From: Savitreella phatthalungensis
Taxonomy: Eukaryota
DNA length: 64,000 nt
NCBI GenBank assembly: GCA_051599415.1
Contig: AP039706.1
Coordinates: 186,001 to 250,000 of the forward strand
Direction of reading: 5' to 3'
Shown: positions 47,992-58,325 of the stretch, one piece after another
Layout: each line of letters starts with the position of its first letter
Position numbering within the stretch: position 1 is the stretch's first letter
Program-made: the position numbers and the translations under genes
Notes under the pieces: generated by a model
Database searches by the model: none
Told to the model about the DNA's origin: nothing
The model's input: only the letters and a program-made list of their open reading frames with translations

Positions 47992-48237
47992 ACGACTCCA
48001 ACACTGTGATGACGAACGTGAGGCAACTGCTTCAAGGTCGTGTCAGCACTGAAGGCGGTTGTGCGAAACGCCCGCAGGGTGCGTCCGATCATGTTTTGTA
48101 TCGTTAGCGGGATGGCGATGCGGTGAGCACCTGCAGCCAAAACTGCGGTGAGTAACTTGATCTTCAAGTCGAATCGCTGTGTGCCGGCGACGGCGAACCG
48201 CTTCAGTTCGTACTCGATGCAGCCACAGTAGCTTGCT
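47709..48237. repeat. Inverted repeat, 196-bp arms (47709-47904 / 48042-48237), 137-bp spacer
   Basis: The arms are colinear reverse complements with scattered substitutions and a long perfect core. Confidence 0.9.
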
Positions 48238-48560
48238 GCCTTGTCAGCAGTGTTCTCGTATGAAGATCTGGTGGGCAGCTTAACATTCAGTCTGAAGCGC
48301 GGATCGCCGGCGACTGTGAGTCGCGTCAGTTCGTATTCAGCGCAGCCGCGATACTCAACGGTGAGACTTCTTCCTGTTTGGCCCTGACTGGACCACATGG
48401 CGATTGAGAAAAATGATTGATGCGGATGTCTTGTCCGCGCTCGCATTGTAGGGTAGCATTCGTAGATACACTGTCGTGTATTTGGATTGGCGGAGCAGTC
48501 TGATAGATTGGACGCACTCAATGGGCATTCCGGAAGAATATATATATGTCCGTTGCCGGT
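47985..48560 (-). pseudogene. Decayed, internally deleted and chimeric paralog (copy 3) of 45092-45856
   Basis: Minus strand reads SIRLLRQSKYTTVYLRMLPYNASADKTSASIIFLNRHVVQSGP, then in a different frame RSLTVEYRGCAEYELTRLTVAGDPRF, then a second GCIEYEL...AHRIAIP block near-identical to copy 2. Confidence 0.75.
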
Positions 48561-49769
48561 TGATACGCCATCTAATACGATGCCCTTGGAACAGGCCTAG
48601 TTGACGTCATGAGGCAAAGGCATCGATGAACAAGAGCGAGAATACTGGCAGCTTACAAAGCCTCGTTTGTAACCATCAATCAAATTGCGCGAATGGATCG
48701 CTGATACCCTGCCACTTTGAGGCATCAGCCTGGGGTCGGTCAAGATAACCACGCATGATCCGTGACTCCCGCCAAAGACTTCTTGCTCGTTCATTCAGTC
48801 AGATCACGTGTGAACGTTGAGCAGCACATATTTCCGCTTGAGATGGGAATCTTTTTCAGCTCGAGCAATCATCGACCATGAGAATGCAGAAAACGGACGA
48901 CGACGCAGCCAAAAAGTTCTCAATCACATTTGAAGTATCAATGGATGTTCCAATGGAATCAAGTTTTAGAAGCCAAGACTCGCCGGCCTGCTGACCCTTC
49001 AGCGTCTTTCAAGGTCAAGGATCAATGATATGCATCAGAGGTGTGGCTCCGATGCAAGCGTGCTAGGATCTCGTATAGTCCCATGGAGGATGTGTTCAGG
49101 TAGATTGTATGTATGGAACTGCTTGCCGTGGAATCGAATTGACTCAAATGTTGGAGATGTAGTCAAGAATTGGCCACAAATTTGTTGCACGTGTGCATTC
49201 CAAACTGGAATTCATGTAGCATGAATATGAAGTCTATGCCTGCAGGCAGGGCATAATCAATCAATATAATAAGAATTACAGTATCTACAATTCAAAGTAT
49301 ACTGCGTGCACGATATCGGTACATCGTCCGAAAAGACAACTCATTCTAACTGATCCTGTTGGAAATGTTCAGGCGAGATATTCACATGGAGGATAGATCC
49401 CACATATTGCCCGATGCACGAAAATGTATCAGGAAATGCATTCAATTCAGTCAATCACAATTAAAGGGGTGCATTAAGGGTACGTGCAGTATGGTAGGTA
49501 GGTGCATATAAATTATTGATAGAGTACGTATGTACGTACGTATGCATAATGAATGAATGCATCTCACAAATTCATGAATCACAGTGTCAGAAAATGAGAG
49601 ACAGATTCAAGACAAAGTGAAAGAAAGAAAGAAAATCATCGGCGCGTGCACAAACCCTTAGAGCACGCACATTATCACATTCGCACGTATACACCATCCT
49701 GCAGTGAAGTGAACAAGTACTCAAAGCAATTAAAACAGAGGAAAAGCTCGAGGAAGACATCACACGACA

Positions 49770-51110
49770 ATGGATCCGACAACTCTGACGGCCTTGTCGC
49801 CTGAAGTCATCTCACGGCAAGCGACCATCAACATCGGAACAATCGGTCACGTCGCCCACGGCAAGTCAACCGTCGTCAAAGCAATCTCTGGTGTCCACAC
49901 CGTCAGATTCAGGACAGAGCTAGAGCGCAACATTACTATTAAGCTCGGCTATGCCAATGCAAAAATCTACAAGTGCGACGATGACTCGTGCCCTCGGCCA
50001 GGCTGCTACAAGAGCTTCAAGAGCGACCACCCAGGAGACGTACCTTGCGAGCGTCCAGGCTGCAAGGGAACTTTGAGACTTGTGCGTCATGTCTCTTTCG
50101 TCGACTGCCCAGGGCACGACATTCTCATGTCCACAATGCTGAACGGCGCAGCCGTCATGGATGCTGCGCTTCTACTGATTGCCGGAAACGAGCCATGTCC
50201 ACAGCCACAGACATCGGAGCACTTGGCTGCAATCGAAATCATGAAACTCAAGCACATTATAATCCTGCAGAACAAGGTCGATTTGATGCGCGAGGCAGCC
50301 GCAGAAGAGCACTACGGCACAATCCAAAAGTTCATCAAAGGAACTGTCGCTGATGGATCACCCATCGTGCCAATCTCTGCACAGCTCAAATACAACGTCG
50401 ACGCGGTGCTCGAGTACATTGTCAAGAATGTGCCTGTGCCTGTGCGTGACTACACAGTCGCGCCAAAGCTGATTGTCATTCGTTCGTTCGACGTCAACAA
50501 ACCTGGTACGGAAGTCGATGAACTCAAGGGCGGTGTCGCTGGTGGCTCAATCCTTACGGGTATCATCCGGATCGGCGACGAGATCGAAGTTCGTCCGGGT
50601 ATCGTCACAAAGGACGACGACGGCAGGATCAAGTGTACGCCAATCCTCTCGCGCGTCGTCTCCCTCTTCGCCGAGCACAACGATCTACAATTCGCCGTCC
50701 CCGGTGGTCTGATTGGTGTCGGTACGAAGATTGACCCGACACTCTGCCGTGCAGATCGTCTTGTCGGCCAGGTCCTCGGCTCCAAGGGCAACCTGCCTGA
50801 GGTCTTCATCGAGCTCGAGATCAACTACTTCTTGCTGCGTCGTCTGCTCGGCGTGAAGTCTGACGACAAGGGCAAGACAACACGTGTGTCTAAACTCGCA
50901 AAGGGAGAGGTCCTCATGGTTAATATTGGCTCGACCGCTGTTGGCGGCAAGGTCATGGGCGTGAAAGCCGACCTTGCCAAGATCACCTTGACTGCCCCAG
51001 CCTGCACGGAGAAGGGCGAGAAGATTGCCTTGTCTCGTCGTATTGAGAAGCACTGGCGGCTTATTGGTTGGGCAGAAGTCAAGTCTGGCACGACGATTGA
51101 TCTCAAGTAG
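49770..51110 (+). CDS. GCD11: Translation initiation factor eIF2 gamma subunit
   Basis: [61 protein letters not shown]. Confidence 0.97.
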   Translation: MDPTTLTALSPEVISRQATINIGTIGHVAHGKSTVVKAISGVHTVRFRTELERNITIKLGYANAKIYKCDDDSCPRPGCYKSFKSDHPGDVPCERPGCKGTLRLVRHVSFVDCPGHDILMSTMLNGAAVMDAALLLIAGNEPCPQPQTSEHLAAIEIMKLKHIIILQNKVDLMREAAAEEHYGTIQKFIKGTVADGSPIVPISAQLKYNVDAVLEYIVKNVPVPVRDYTVAPKLIVIRSFDVNKPGTEVDELKGGVAGGSILTGIIRIGDEIEVRPGIVTKDDDGRIKCTPILSRVVSLFAEHNDLQFAVPGGLIGVGTKIDPTLCRADRLVGQVLGSKGNLPEVFIELEINYFLLRRLLGVKSDDKGKTTRVSKLAKGEVLMVNIGSTAVGGKVMGVKADLAKITLTAPACTEKGEKIALSRRIEKHWRLIGWAEVKSGTTIDLK

Positions 51111-51255
51111 AAATAGAAAATTCAATGAGCTCATGAACAAAATTTTGGTTTTCCACAATTCAGAATAAATGAGATCAGGGATCGAGCACGAGGACAGAAA
51201 GAGAGGTTATTACAGCAACCCGGTGCCACAGGTTTCAAGCTAGCGGAGAGCCTGC

Positions 51256-52074
51256 ATGGACTGGGCCACGCTCGGCGCGTCTGTCGTGTCGAGCGTGTGC
51301 TCGCGCGTCGTTGGCTACCCGATCGACACGATCGCCATCAGGAAACAGACGGGACGACAGCGACCAGTCTTCCCTCCTGGCGTTCCTTTAGTGCGGAGCG
51401 CACGTGAGCTCTATCGAGGCCTCGGTGCAAGTATTGTGCTTACCACCCCAGCTGTCTCTCTCTATCTGTGCACCTATCGAGCAGTCAAAGAACGCCTCGA
51501 ACCAGTCTATGGCGAGACAACACTGACGTACGTTGCAAGCGGCACAGCTGCCGAGGTCATCAGTTCATGGCTTTGGACCCCGCTCGAGGTTGTCAAGGCT
51601 CGCATGCAAGTGACCTCCGGCGAACCACTACGAAAACAGTTGGGAAGCATCCTGCAGAATGAGGGAGTGTCAGGATTTTACCGTGGCTACTGGCTAGGCC
51701 TTGCTATGTTCATACCTTACAACGCCGTCTGGTGGAGCATCTACGAGCACGGGAAACCTCATACACGGAGACTCTTTCACACGAGCGATCCAGCCTTGCA
51801 AGGTGCTTGTTCATCTGGTCTGGCCACGCTTGTCGCCACAGGCTTGCTACATCCGGCAGATGTGCTGAAGACGACATACCAAGTTGCAGCCACACGCGCT
51901 GCTGATGCATCTCTCACCATCGCTCAAACGGCTCGAACGTTGACCTCATTCAAGCGTGCTTATGCGGGCTTCGCCATCAGACTGATGTGCTCCCTCCCTG
52001 CCAGTATCATCAGTATGGCAGTCTTCGAGCTTGTCAGGCCGGACAGTAATGTGCATGATCAAATTGAATCATAA
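51256..52074 (+). CDS. Mitochondrial carrier family (SLC25) protein
   Basis: Three Px[DE]xx[KR]-like repeats (PIDTIAIR, PLEVVKAR, PADVLKTT) and LYRG/FYRG/AYAG motifs. Confidence 0.9.
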   Translation: MDWATLGASVVSSVCSRVVGYPIDTIAIRKQTGRQRPVFPPGVPLVRSARELYRGLGASIVLTTPAVSLYLCTYRAVKERLEPVYGETTLTYVASGTAAEVISSWLWTPLEVVKARMQVTSGEPLRKQLGSILQNEGVSGFYRGYWLGLAMFIPYNAVWWSIYEHGKPHTRRLFHTSDPALQGACSSGLATLVATGLLHPADVLKTTYQVAATRAADASLTIAQTARTLTSFKRAYAGFAIRLMCSLPASIISMAVFELVRPDSNVHDQIES

Positions 52075-52225
52075 ACGCACGATCAAACATGTATAGCCAG
52101 CTGTGCCTGGCATGCACGTCACGTAGACAGTAAATATCCACCCCTCATAATCGCATAATCATAACAGTAGACACTATACAGGCACCGCCTGTCTTCTCAC
52201 TTCTAGAAGTTCAGCATCAGTGAGG

Positions 52226-54310
52226 ATGAGGTCCCGCACGGCGCTTCTGCCGACGAACCTCCTCGCTCTGCAGAACTTACTCAAGCGCGACCCTCAGTCC
52301 TATCGAGACGAATTCACCGGCCAACTGGACCACTACCGAGCGCAGCTGGAGATCTTCCGTGGCGCACCATCGTCGAAGGGAGAGAAGTTTGGTGAGCTTG
52401 TGTCATTCCTCGCACAGGTCGCGACATGTTTCAGGGAAGAGCTGGAAGGTTTTCCTGCAGAAGTAGCAGAGTTGCTCGAACGTCATCACCGCAAGATCGA
52501 CAGCGAGCTGCGGGAGAAGCTCGTTGCTGCGTTAGCACTCCTGCGCAACAAGGGAGTTCTTTCTTCAATCGAGCTCATCAAGATCTTCCTGCCACTCCTA
52601 GCAAGCAGTGACTCACGCACCCTACGCACCCAACTCTACGAGACGATCGTATCGACATGCAAGTCCGAGAACGCAAAGGGACGAAATCACAGCTTCAATC
52701 GCGCCGCACAGGCCATGCTTTTCGAGATGGTGCAGAATGAGGAGGCTGGTGGTCTTTGGGCCGTGCGTCTTACACGCGACATGTGGGAGAAGCACGTCTG
52801 GCAGGGCGATGCGCGCGCCGTCGAGATTTGTAAAGATGCTGCGCTTTCGCTCGAGCTTAAGGTGATGTTGTCGGGCATCTACTTCTTCCTCGGCGTTGAC
52901 AACCCAGATGCTGAAGACTCCGATGATGAGACACCACAGGTCGACCTCCGTAAGCTACAGCATCAAGCCGGTATCAACAAAGCATCGAAGAATCGTCGCC
53001 AGCAGGTGATTCGCGCGATGAAGGCAGACAAGCGCAAGCGGGCATCTTCGAAAGACGTCAATGTCAATTTCCCTGCCATTCAACTTCTACATGACCCCCA
53101 GGGCTTCGCAGAGAAGCTATACACAGCATTGAGCAAGCGTCATATGCAATTTGAGCACAAACTACTGCTCTTAAATCTCCTCTCGCGTCTGATTTCGACG
53201 CACAAACTCACTGTGCTACCGCTCTACTCGTTTCTGCTCAAATGGATCTCTCCACATCAGCGAGATGTCACGAAAGTGCTCGCTGCGCTCGCCGGAGCCA
53301 CTCACGAGTTCATTCCACCCGAGGTGGTCACTCCTGCCATCAAGAAAGTCGCGAACGAGTTCTGTACAGCAGGTGTCAATCCTGAGGTCGTTTGCGCAGG
53401 GCTCAATACCATCCGTGAAATATCGACTCGACAACCCCTGGCTATGGACGAGACGCTGCTATCTGACCTCATCGAATACAAGACTAGCAAGGACAAGGGC
53501 GTCAACATGGCCGCACGAGGACTTATTGGTCTATTCCGGGAGATTGCGCCTGAGATGTTACCACGGAAAGAAAGAGGAAAGTCGGCGACGATGGCAGTCT
53601 CGGAGGGCGCTGCGAAGCGGGTTGTCTTTGGCGAAGAACGTGGCGTGGTTCGCGGCATCGAAAACCTCGATGTGCTCGAGGAAGAAGAGGACGAGGATGC
53701 GTGGGACGCATTCGAGGTCGAGGAGGATGACGACGATGGCGAAGGGTGGATCAACGTCGAAAGTGATCAGGAGATTGACTTCTCCGACAGCGACGACGAA
53801 GGAGCGAACGCGAAGCCGACAAAGGACAACACAGATGCCACTCAGACAGAGCTCGCTGACAGTGTCGCAGCCAGGAGACTACTCAACCCAGCAGATCTTC
53901 GAAAGCTGGCAGAGGCTCGAGAGACTGCACCAGACTCGTCTACGCATCACGCCCGCGCCAAGCAACAGCAGCTGCAGCAGGCTATCGACAAATCTGCTGC
54001 AGGTTTCGTGGACGCTGTTGACATCGTAGGTCCGCACGTCAAGCGTGGCAAAGATGACAAGGCCGCCAGACTTGCGTCTGTGGCAGAAGGCAGGGAAGGC
54101 AGAGAAGCTTTCGGATCAGCGAAGCGCAGGCGCGAGGAAGGCGGCAGATCTACCACCAACCGCGAGAAGGCACGCAAGAAGAACTTCGCCATGGCCAAGC
54201 ATGCCAGAGACATTCGACTCAAACAGGGTCGGAAGCTCACAGAAAAGCGCAGGGAGCTGCGCGCTCATCTTGACAGGTCGAAACGCGGTGGACGTCGTGG
54301 AAACCGATGA
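52226..54310 (+). CDS. SDA1: 60S biogenesis protein Sda1
   Basis: NLLALQNLLKRDPQSYRDEF, NFPAIQLLHDPQGFAEKL, GLNTIREI, STTNREKARKKNF. Confidence 0.95.
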   Translation: MRSRTALLPTNLLALQNLLKRDPQSYRDEFTGQLDHYRAQLEIFRGAPSSKGEKFGELVSFLAQVATCFREELEGFPAEVAELLERHHRKIDSELREKLVAALALLRNKGVLSSIELIKIFLPLLASSDSRTLRTQLYETIVSTCKSENAKGRNHSFNRAAQAMLFEMVQNEEAGGLWAVRLTRDMWEKHVWQGDARAVEICKDAALSLELKVMLSGIYFFLGVDNPDAEDSDDETPQVDLRKLQHQAGINKASKNRRQQVIRAMKADKRKRASSKDVNVNFPAIQLLHDPQGFAEKLYTALSKRHMQFEHKLLLLNLLSRLISTHKLTVLPLYSFLLKWISPHQRDVTKVLAALAGATHEFIPPEVVTPAIKKVANEFCTAGVNPEVVCAGLNTIREISTRQPLAMDETLLSDLIEYKTSKDKGVNMAARGLIGLFREIAPEMLPRKERGKSATMAVSEGAAKRVVFGEERGVVRGIENLDVLEEEEDEDAWDAFEVEEDDDDGEGWINVESDQEIDFSDSDDEGANAKPTKDNTDATQTELADSVAARRLLNPADLRKLAEARETAPDSSTHHARAKQQQLQQAIDKSAAGFVDAVDIVGPHVKRGKDDKAARLASVAEGREGREAFGSAKRRREEGGRSTTNREKARKKNFAMAKHARDIRLKQGRKLTEKRRELRAHLDRSKRGGRRGNR

Positions 54311-54465
54311 CGATGATGATCCAATTATAACGTACGACAATCCAAGCATAGGCGTGAGTAGGAAACGATCGAGACATGCTACTATTCTACTTGTACATCT
54401 AGCGACAAATGCCAAAACCCCCTTTCGTGACGGCGGATATGCTTCGATTGCTCGCGTTGATCGAT

Positions 54466-56454
54466 CTACAGCTTTGCGCGATCCTCGCCCATGACCTTCT
54501 CAACCTCTCTGAAGCGGTAGTAGTCGTCCAGACATGGCTTGTTGGCGATCGTGGCGGAGACTTTCGGTGTTGCACCGGAAACGATCTGCTTGACGACCAG
54601 CTCGACTTTCTTGCCGTTGATCGTGAGTGGGATCTCGTCAACGAGACAGACGTAGCGCGGAACGTGGCGTGGCGAGAGTGCCTCGCGAATGGCCTTCTTG
54701 ATCTTTTTCTCGAACTCGTGTGGTAGCCGTGGACCTTTGAGCGACTTGTCTCGCATGATGAGGAATAAGAGGACTTGCTCGTCCACGTCATTCGGTCGGC
54801 GTTGACCGACGCAGATGGCGTCTTCAATTTCGGCAAAGCGTTCAGTCACGGCGTAGATCTCTGCGCTACCAAATCGAACACCACTCGGATTCAGGACGCC
54901 ATCTGATCGACCGAGGACCGTCACGCCACTGCTTCCCTTCTCGAAGACGACAAAGTCACCATGGTGCCAGATGCCAGGGTAGCGCTCGTAGTAAGCGGCT
55001 TTGTACTTGCTGCCTGATGGGTCAGAAAGGAAGTAGATTGGTTGGGAAGGGAAAGGCTTGTCACAGACGAGCTCTCCTGGCTCGCCTGGTGCGCAGATCG
55101 TTCCTTCCGAGGTGTATGCACGGGCGGCCATGCCAAGTGCCACGCACTGAAGCTGTCCAGGGTAGACAGGTAGGACGGGACTTCCGATGAAAAAGCAGGC
55201 CATCAGATCCGTACCTCCAGATACACTGCTGAGCTGGATGTGCTTCGGCCAGGCAGCATAGAAGTGGTGGAAGAGGTCGGGAACAAGGACACTGCCGGTC
55301 GAAGTGACGACGCGAAGCTTTGATCCCTGGAGAGTCTCCTTAGGAACGATGTTCTTTGCCTTGAGCTCTGATAGCCATCGCGGCGATGTGCCAAAATGCG
55401 TAACTCCTTCCGTCTTGATAAATCTCAGAAGTCCGGGCACGTCGACCATGGGTGAGCCGTCGAGCAGGACGACAGTCACACCGTGCGACACAGCAGTAAC
55501 ACAATACTGCCACATCATCCAGCCAGTCGTTGTGTACTGCCAGAAGACATCTCCCTTGCGCATGTCAAGGTGGTAAGCATATTCCTTCCGCATCTGCAGA
55601 AGTATTCCACCATGGCCGTGCACAATGCACTTCGGCGGGCCTGTGGTGCCGCTGGAGTACATGACAAACAGTGGATGACCGAAGTCGACGTACGTGTACT
55701 CGAAGGGTTTCTCAGACGATGCCTGCTGGAACTTGTCGAGGGTGGTAGTTCCCTCGAGATCCATCGGCATGTCAGCCAGATTAGGCAGCATGACGAATTG
55801 AGCACCACGCACCTCTGTGAGCACCTCTTTTGCCTTGCTACGCAGATCGTGACGCTTGCCATTGTAGAGCGAGGCGTTGTCAAAGAAGACCACTTTTGGT
55901 GTGATTTGCTTCAGTCGATCTAAGATGCCAGAGGTTCCCATGTCCGGCGAGGTACTTGAGTACACTGCTCCAATTGCTCCTGTTGCGAATGCAAGGGTGA
56001 TGGCGTGGATCGAGTTGCAGACAATACCAGCTACGCGATCACCTGGCTGAACACCGGCTGCACGCAGAGAGTTTGCGAGGGCATAGACGCGGGCCTTGAG
56101 ATCCCCGAGAGTAAATCGAAGAATGTCGGTCGCTCCTTCTCTTGCCGTCACGACAGCGATGCGACTCTCGTCTTGGCCTTCCAAGCAGTTCTCCGTGTAA
56201 TTGAGCTTCGCTCCGGGAAACCAGCTGGGCGGAGGGTACATGCCCTCGCCATTCAGCACTTTGGTGGGCCTTTGCTGCAGCCTGATGCCAAGATGATCCG
56301 ACATGTCAAGCCAGAATTGCGGCTTCTCAACTGAGTATTTGAGCAGCTCATCATAATTTCGTAGGTTCAGACCATGCTTCTTGTTGATGGTACGGCGAAG
56401 ATCAGAGACCTGAGTGGCTTCTATCTGCTTTTCCGTGGGTTGCCAGAGCACCAT
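54466..56454 (-). CDS. Acetoacetyl-CoA synthetase (acetoacetate-CoA ligase)
   Basis: WFPGAKLNYTEN, YSSGTTGPPKCIVH, YTTTGWMMW, SGGTD, GRSDGVLNPSGVRFGSAEIY, NGKKVE; ATG at 56454 (MVLWQP). Confidence 0.93.
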   Translation of the reverse strand: MVLWQPTEKQIEATQVSDLRRTINKKHGLNLRNYDELLKYSVEKPQFWLDMSDHLGIRLQQRPTKVLNGEGMYPPPSWFPGAKLNYTENCLEGQDESRIAVVTAREGATDILRFTLGDLKARVYALANSLRAAGVQPGDRVAGIVCNSIHAITLAFATGAIGAVYSSTSPDMGTSGILDRLKQITPKVVFFDNASLYNGKRHDLRSKAKEVLTEVRGAQFVMLPNLADMPMDLEGTTTLDKFQQASSEKPFEYTYVDFGHPLFVMYSSGTTGPPKCIVHGHGGILLQMRKEYAYHLDMRKGDVFWQYTTTGWMMWQYCVTAVSHGVTVVLLDGSPMVDVPGLLRFIKTEGVTHFGTSPRWLSELKAKNIVPKETLQGSKLRVVTSTGSVLVPDLFHHFYAAWPKHIQLSSVSGGTDLMACFFIGSPVLPVYPGQLQCVALGMAARAYTSEGTICAPGEPGELVCDKPFPSQPIYFLSDPSGSKYKAAYYERYPGIWHHGDFVVFEKGSSGVTVLGRSDGVLNPSGVRFGSAEIYAVTERFAEIEDAICVGQRRPNDVDEQVLLFLIMRDKSLKGPRLPHEFEKKIKKAIREALSPRHVPRYVCLVDEIPLTINGKKVELVVKQIVSGATPKVSATIANKPCLDDYYRFREVEKVMGEDRAKL

Positions 56455-56740
56455 GACGACTTGAGAGCTTGTCGTAAAGATCGCAAGCTTGGCAGCAGCG
56501 TCAACGAAGGACAAATAGAGACTCGGAGGAAAGAGGATGACACACAAATTATAGGTAACACAGTACTCTGGGGAAGCGCTGGCATTCACCCCACGCATAT
56601 CCCATGTCGACTGGTTAAGCGGAGCCGGAAATAATCTCGGAACGGCAATGACTTTCCGAGCAGTCTAAAGGCTGTCAAATTCTTTTTTATCTTCTGTGTG
56701 CTCCAACTTAAGCGCGCTTCCCTTATCTAGTGCCAAAAAT

Positions 56741-57841
56741 CTACAACTCAATCTTGTCGAGGATGGCCTTTGTCATGTCGTGAGTGGTCGACGTGCCCTT
56801 CATGTCGCGCGTGCGCACCTTGCCCTCCTCAATGACAGCATAAGCAGCCTTTGCGATGGCGTTTGCAAAGTTGTCCAAACCGAGATGACGGAGCAGCATG
56901 CACGACGATAGAATCATGGCCAGTGGGTTCGCCTCATCCTTGCCCTTGATGTCGAGGCCGACGTGACGGCATCCAGGCTCGAACAATGCGTAGTCACGAC
57001 CGATGTTGCATCCTGGAATCAGACCTGGTCCGCCGACCAATCCGCCCATCACGTTGGACAAGATCGAACCGTACAGGTTCGGCATGAGCATGACGTCGAA
57101 TTGCTGAGGCTTCGAGACGGCCTGCATGGATGCGTTGTCAACGATCATGTCGTTTGCCTGAATCTCGGGGTAGTCCTTGGCGGTCTCGTAGAAGACGTCG
57201 CGGAAAAGTCCGTCTGCGAGCTTCATGATGTTAGCCTTGTGGATGACAGTGATCTTCTTGCGGTCGTTGCGCTGGGCAAAGTCAAAGGCGAACCGGGCAA
57301 TGCGCTCGGACTTTGCACGGGTGATGACCTTCAAGGCCTCAACCACGCCTGGCACGGCCTGCTGTTCTAGGCCAGAGTACTCGCCTTCGGTGTTCTCGCG
57401 AATGATGACGGCGTCGATCCCGTCGTGTCGTGTCTTAAGCCCTGGGAAGTTCTTGATAAAGACAGTGGATGCGTAGAGATCAAGCTCCTGGCGGATAGCA
57501 ACGTTGAAAGATGCATGTCCCGAGCGCTCTAGCGGTGTGTAGAGAATACCCTTCAGGCCAACCTTATTGCGGCGGAGAGATTCTACTGCCTTACGGTACA
57601 GCTGCTCAGATCCATCCTTTGTACCCTCAGCAGCCAAAATGCCGGTCACATCGACCTCCTCAAACTCTACAGGAGCATTTGTAGCGGCAAAAATCTCCTT
57701 GACGGAATCTGCGACCTCACGACCAATACCGTCTCCCGGGATCAATGTAGCGGTGTATTTGCCGCCGTATTTCGTCGGCTGAAAGGTAGCGAGCCCGCGG
57801 CTTGCATGCCGTGCACTCGATACAACTGATGAGCGAAGCAT
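56741..57841 (-). CDS. IDH1: NAD-dependent isocitrate dehydrogenase, regulatory subunit 1 (mitochondrial)
   Basis: Presequence, YGGKYTATLIPGDGIG, IRENTEGEYSGLE, DNASMQAVSKPQQFDV, FEPGCRHVG. Confidence 0.94.
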   Translation of the reverse strand: MLRSSVVSSARHASRGLATFQPTKYGGKYTATLIPGDGIGREVADSVKEIFAATNAPVEFEEVDVTGILAAEGTKDGSEQLYRKAVESLRRNKVGLKGILYTPLERSGHASFNVAIRQELDLYASTVFIKNFPGLKTRHDGIDAVIIRENTEGEYSGLEQQAVPGVVEALKVITRAKSERIARFAFDFAQRNDRKKITVIHKANIMKLADGLFRDVFYETAKDYPEIQANDMIVDNASMQAVSKPQQFDVMLMPNLYGSILSNVMGGLVGGPGLIPGCNIGRDYALFEPGCRHVGLDIKGKDEANPLAMILSSCMLLRHLGLDNFANAIAKAAYAVIEEGKVRTRDMKGTSTTHDMTKAILDKIEL

Positions 57842-58119
57842 TTTCGGTATAGAATGTGTGTGGAGATCAAAGGTCTATGTTGTATGCTTTGCTTGTGGTC
57901 CTTTTTGTTCAGGGCGTGTTGTCGGATGTATGGGATGAATATGAGTATGAGTGGGATCGGATCGTCTCAGGTCGGACCAAATCAAAATCCTGCTTCCGAT
58001 GAGCTATCAGGCAGTTGTGAAAGTGCACAAACACATATGTATCTATGCACATCTATGGCCGGGCTAGAACCACGATACGTATGATCCAGATCCCGTGGAC
58101 TAGGTAACTAATTTACTCG

Positions 58120-58325
58120 AAAAAAAAAAAAAGAGAGACGGAATTGCCCGTAACGTAACACAGAATTAACTTCGAATGCACAGCTAGTGGGATATCTCGT
58201 GCAACTTTGAATACACAGTATTCAGCTCTACTGAATGGATCGAACCTGGGCTCAACCATGGTAAGCACAGCGCGGTTCAAAGTGAAACCATGCTGACGAC
58301 TTGTCAGGAAGGTTAAGAGTGTCAT
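58120..58325 (-). ncRNA. Candidate structured RNA polymerase III-type ncRNA of unknown family
   Basis: Perfect B-box GGTTCGATCC (58237-58246, minus), T13 run at the 3' end (58120-58132), several nested complementary segments, no credible ORF. Confidence 0.4.

Noticed and set aside
58180..58300. snR30/U17 snoRNA on the plus strand (AAACCAT m2-like motif at 58285-58291), or a tRNA
   Set aside because: No m1 motif (AUAUUCCUA), no ACA box at the expected spacing, and no cloverleaf with D- and anticodon arms.
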